From a virus (taxonomy: Duplodnaviria > Caudoviricetes), in IMG/VR virus record IMGVR_UViG_3300025018_000091: DNA of 64,000 nucleotides; one strand, written 5' to 3'. The position numbers and the translations under genes were made by a program. The notes below the pieces were generated by a model. That model made no database searches, was not told the DNA's origin, and saw only the letters and a list, made by a program, of their open reading frames with translations. Of the stretch, positions 63,510 through 64,000 are shown piece by piece; position 1 is the stretch's first letter, and every line of letters begins with the position of its first letter.

Positions 63510-64000
63510 TTAGTAATCAGTTTTCCAATATGGGAAACGAAGAACTTTAAATAACTCTAGGGCATTTGTTTCGCTATCATATTGAGTTCTTGTGACATTT
63601 CCATAATCAATGACTTCTTGATTTTGAAAACTATATTTAATATCAACATTACAAGCAAAAATTATAGAGTTACCATTACCGCCATATAAAAATACACGAT
63701 CATATATAATTGCAGCTTGTGATTGGAACACTTCTCCAAGAATTTGTTGTGATAATTGTGTCCAAACTATTGGTAAACTCAAATCACATTTAAATATCTT
63801 TGTATAATATGTTTCATTTGGTGGTGTTGTTTCTGTATAATGATAATATCCATCAACTAATATATAAGATCCGACACGTTCCTTATCTATTCCAAAAAGA
63901 TATCCACTTTCGCCAATAGTTATAAACTGAGCAAATGCCATTGGATGTGGGAGCGTGTCCTCAGTTGTCCAATCACTACTCTCATTAATTAAATCGCTTA
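63510..64000 (-). CDS. Kelch-like repeat protein, partial (begins beyond window end)
   Basis: Frame open to 64000; W.T..TLP, GYLFG, VFLYGG. Confidence 0.6.
   Translation of the reverse strand, partial: SDLINESSDWTTEDTLPHPMAFAQFITIGESGYLFGIDKERVGSYILVDGYYHYTETTPPNETYYTKIFKCDLSLPIVWTQLSQQILGEVFQSQAAIIYDRVFLYGGNGNSIIFACNVDIKYSFQNQEVIDYGNVTRTQYDSETNALELFKVLRFPYWKTDY

Noticed and set aside
1-64000. Stop-codon reassignment
   Set aside because: Long conserved genes are intact in the standard code, and TAG and TGA end real genes; the breaks seen are frameshifts, not in-frame stops.
1-64000. CRISPR array, rRNA, IS transposase or integrase
   Set aside because: No regularly spaced direct repeats or such coding motifs were seen by eye.

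Overview
AT-rich, gene-dense segment of a very large (jumbo-type) bacteriophage genome, almost entirely on the minus strand and read in the standard genetic code. No capsid, terminase or replicative polymerase gene lies in this window; it is accessory and host-takeover cargo. RNA genes: a tmRNA (tag ANDNAFAPVAQAA), 10 intact tRNAs in two clusters, a truncated tRNA-Leu(CAG), a tRNA-sized alanine-acceptor RNA with no anticodon arm, and a possible HDV-like ribozyme leader. Protein cargo: a glycosyl/methyltransferase cassette with RmlA- and CapD-like enzymes; RNA-repair enzymes (two RNA ligases, two kinase-phosphatases, two Thg1-like proteins, a 2H phosphoesterase, a Pol-beta nucleotidyltransferase); ribosome-rescue and stringent-response proteins (PTH2, SpoT-type HD); rIIA/rIIB, PurA, Dam, NAD-dependent ligase, two MoxR-like AAA ATPases and a VWA protein; and about 9 free-standing homing endonucleases. 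The most striking items are (i) a WGR-regulatory-catalytic PARP in a gene run with an ART-like gene, a TARG1/DarG-type macrodomain and a NADAR, plus a second catalytic-only PARP; (ii) a lone Flp pilin gene missed by the ORF track; (iii) three tandem FETNSSSSH-motif genes behind an RlmN-like radical SAM enzyme; and (iv) tRNAs with a co-varying A18/G55 elbow. A conserved TTG(A/C)(C/A/G)N-N16-YAYATT promoter occurs 8 times. At least six genes carry single frameshifts, five of them at A-runs, probably long-read assembly errors. All family assignments come from motifs read by eye; no database searches were run.
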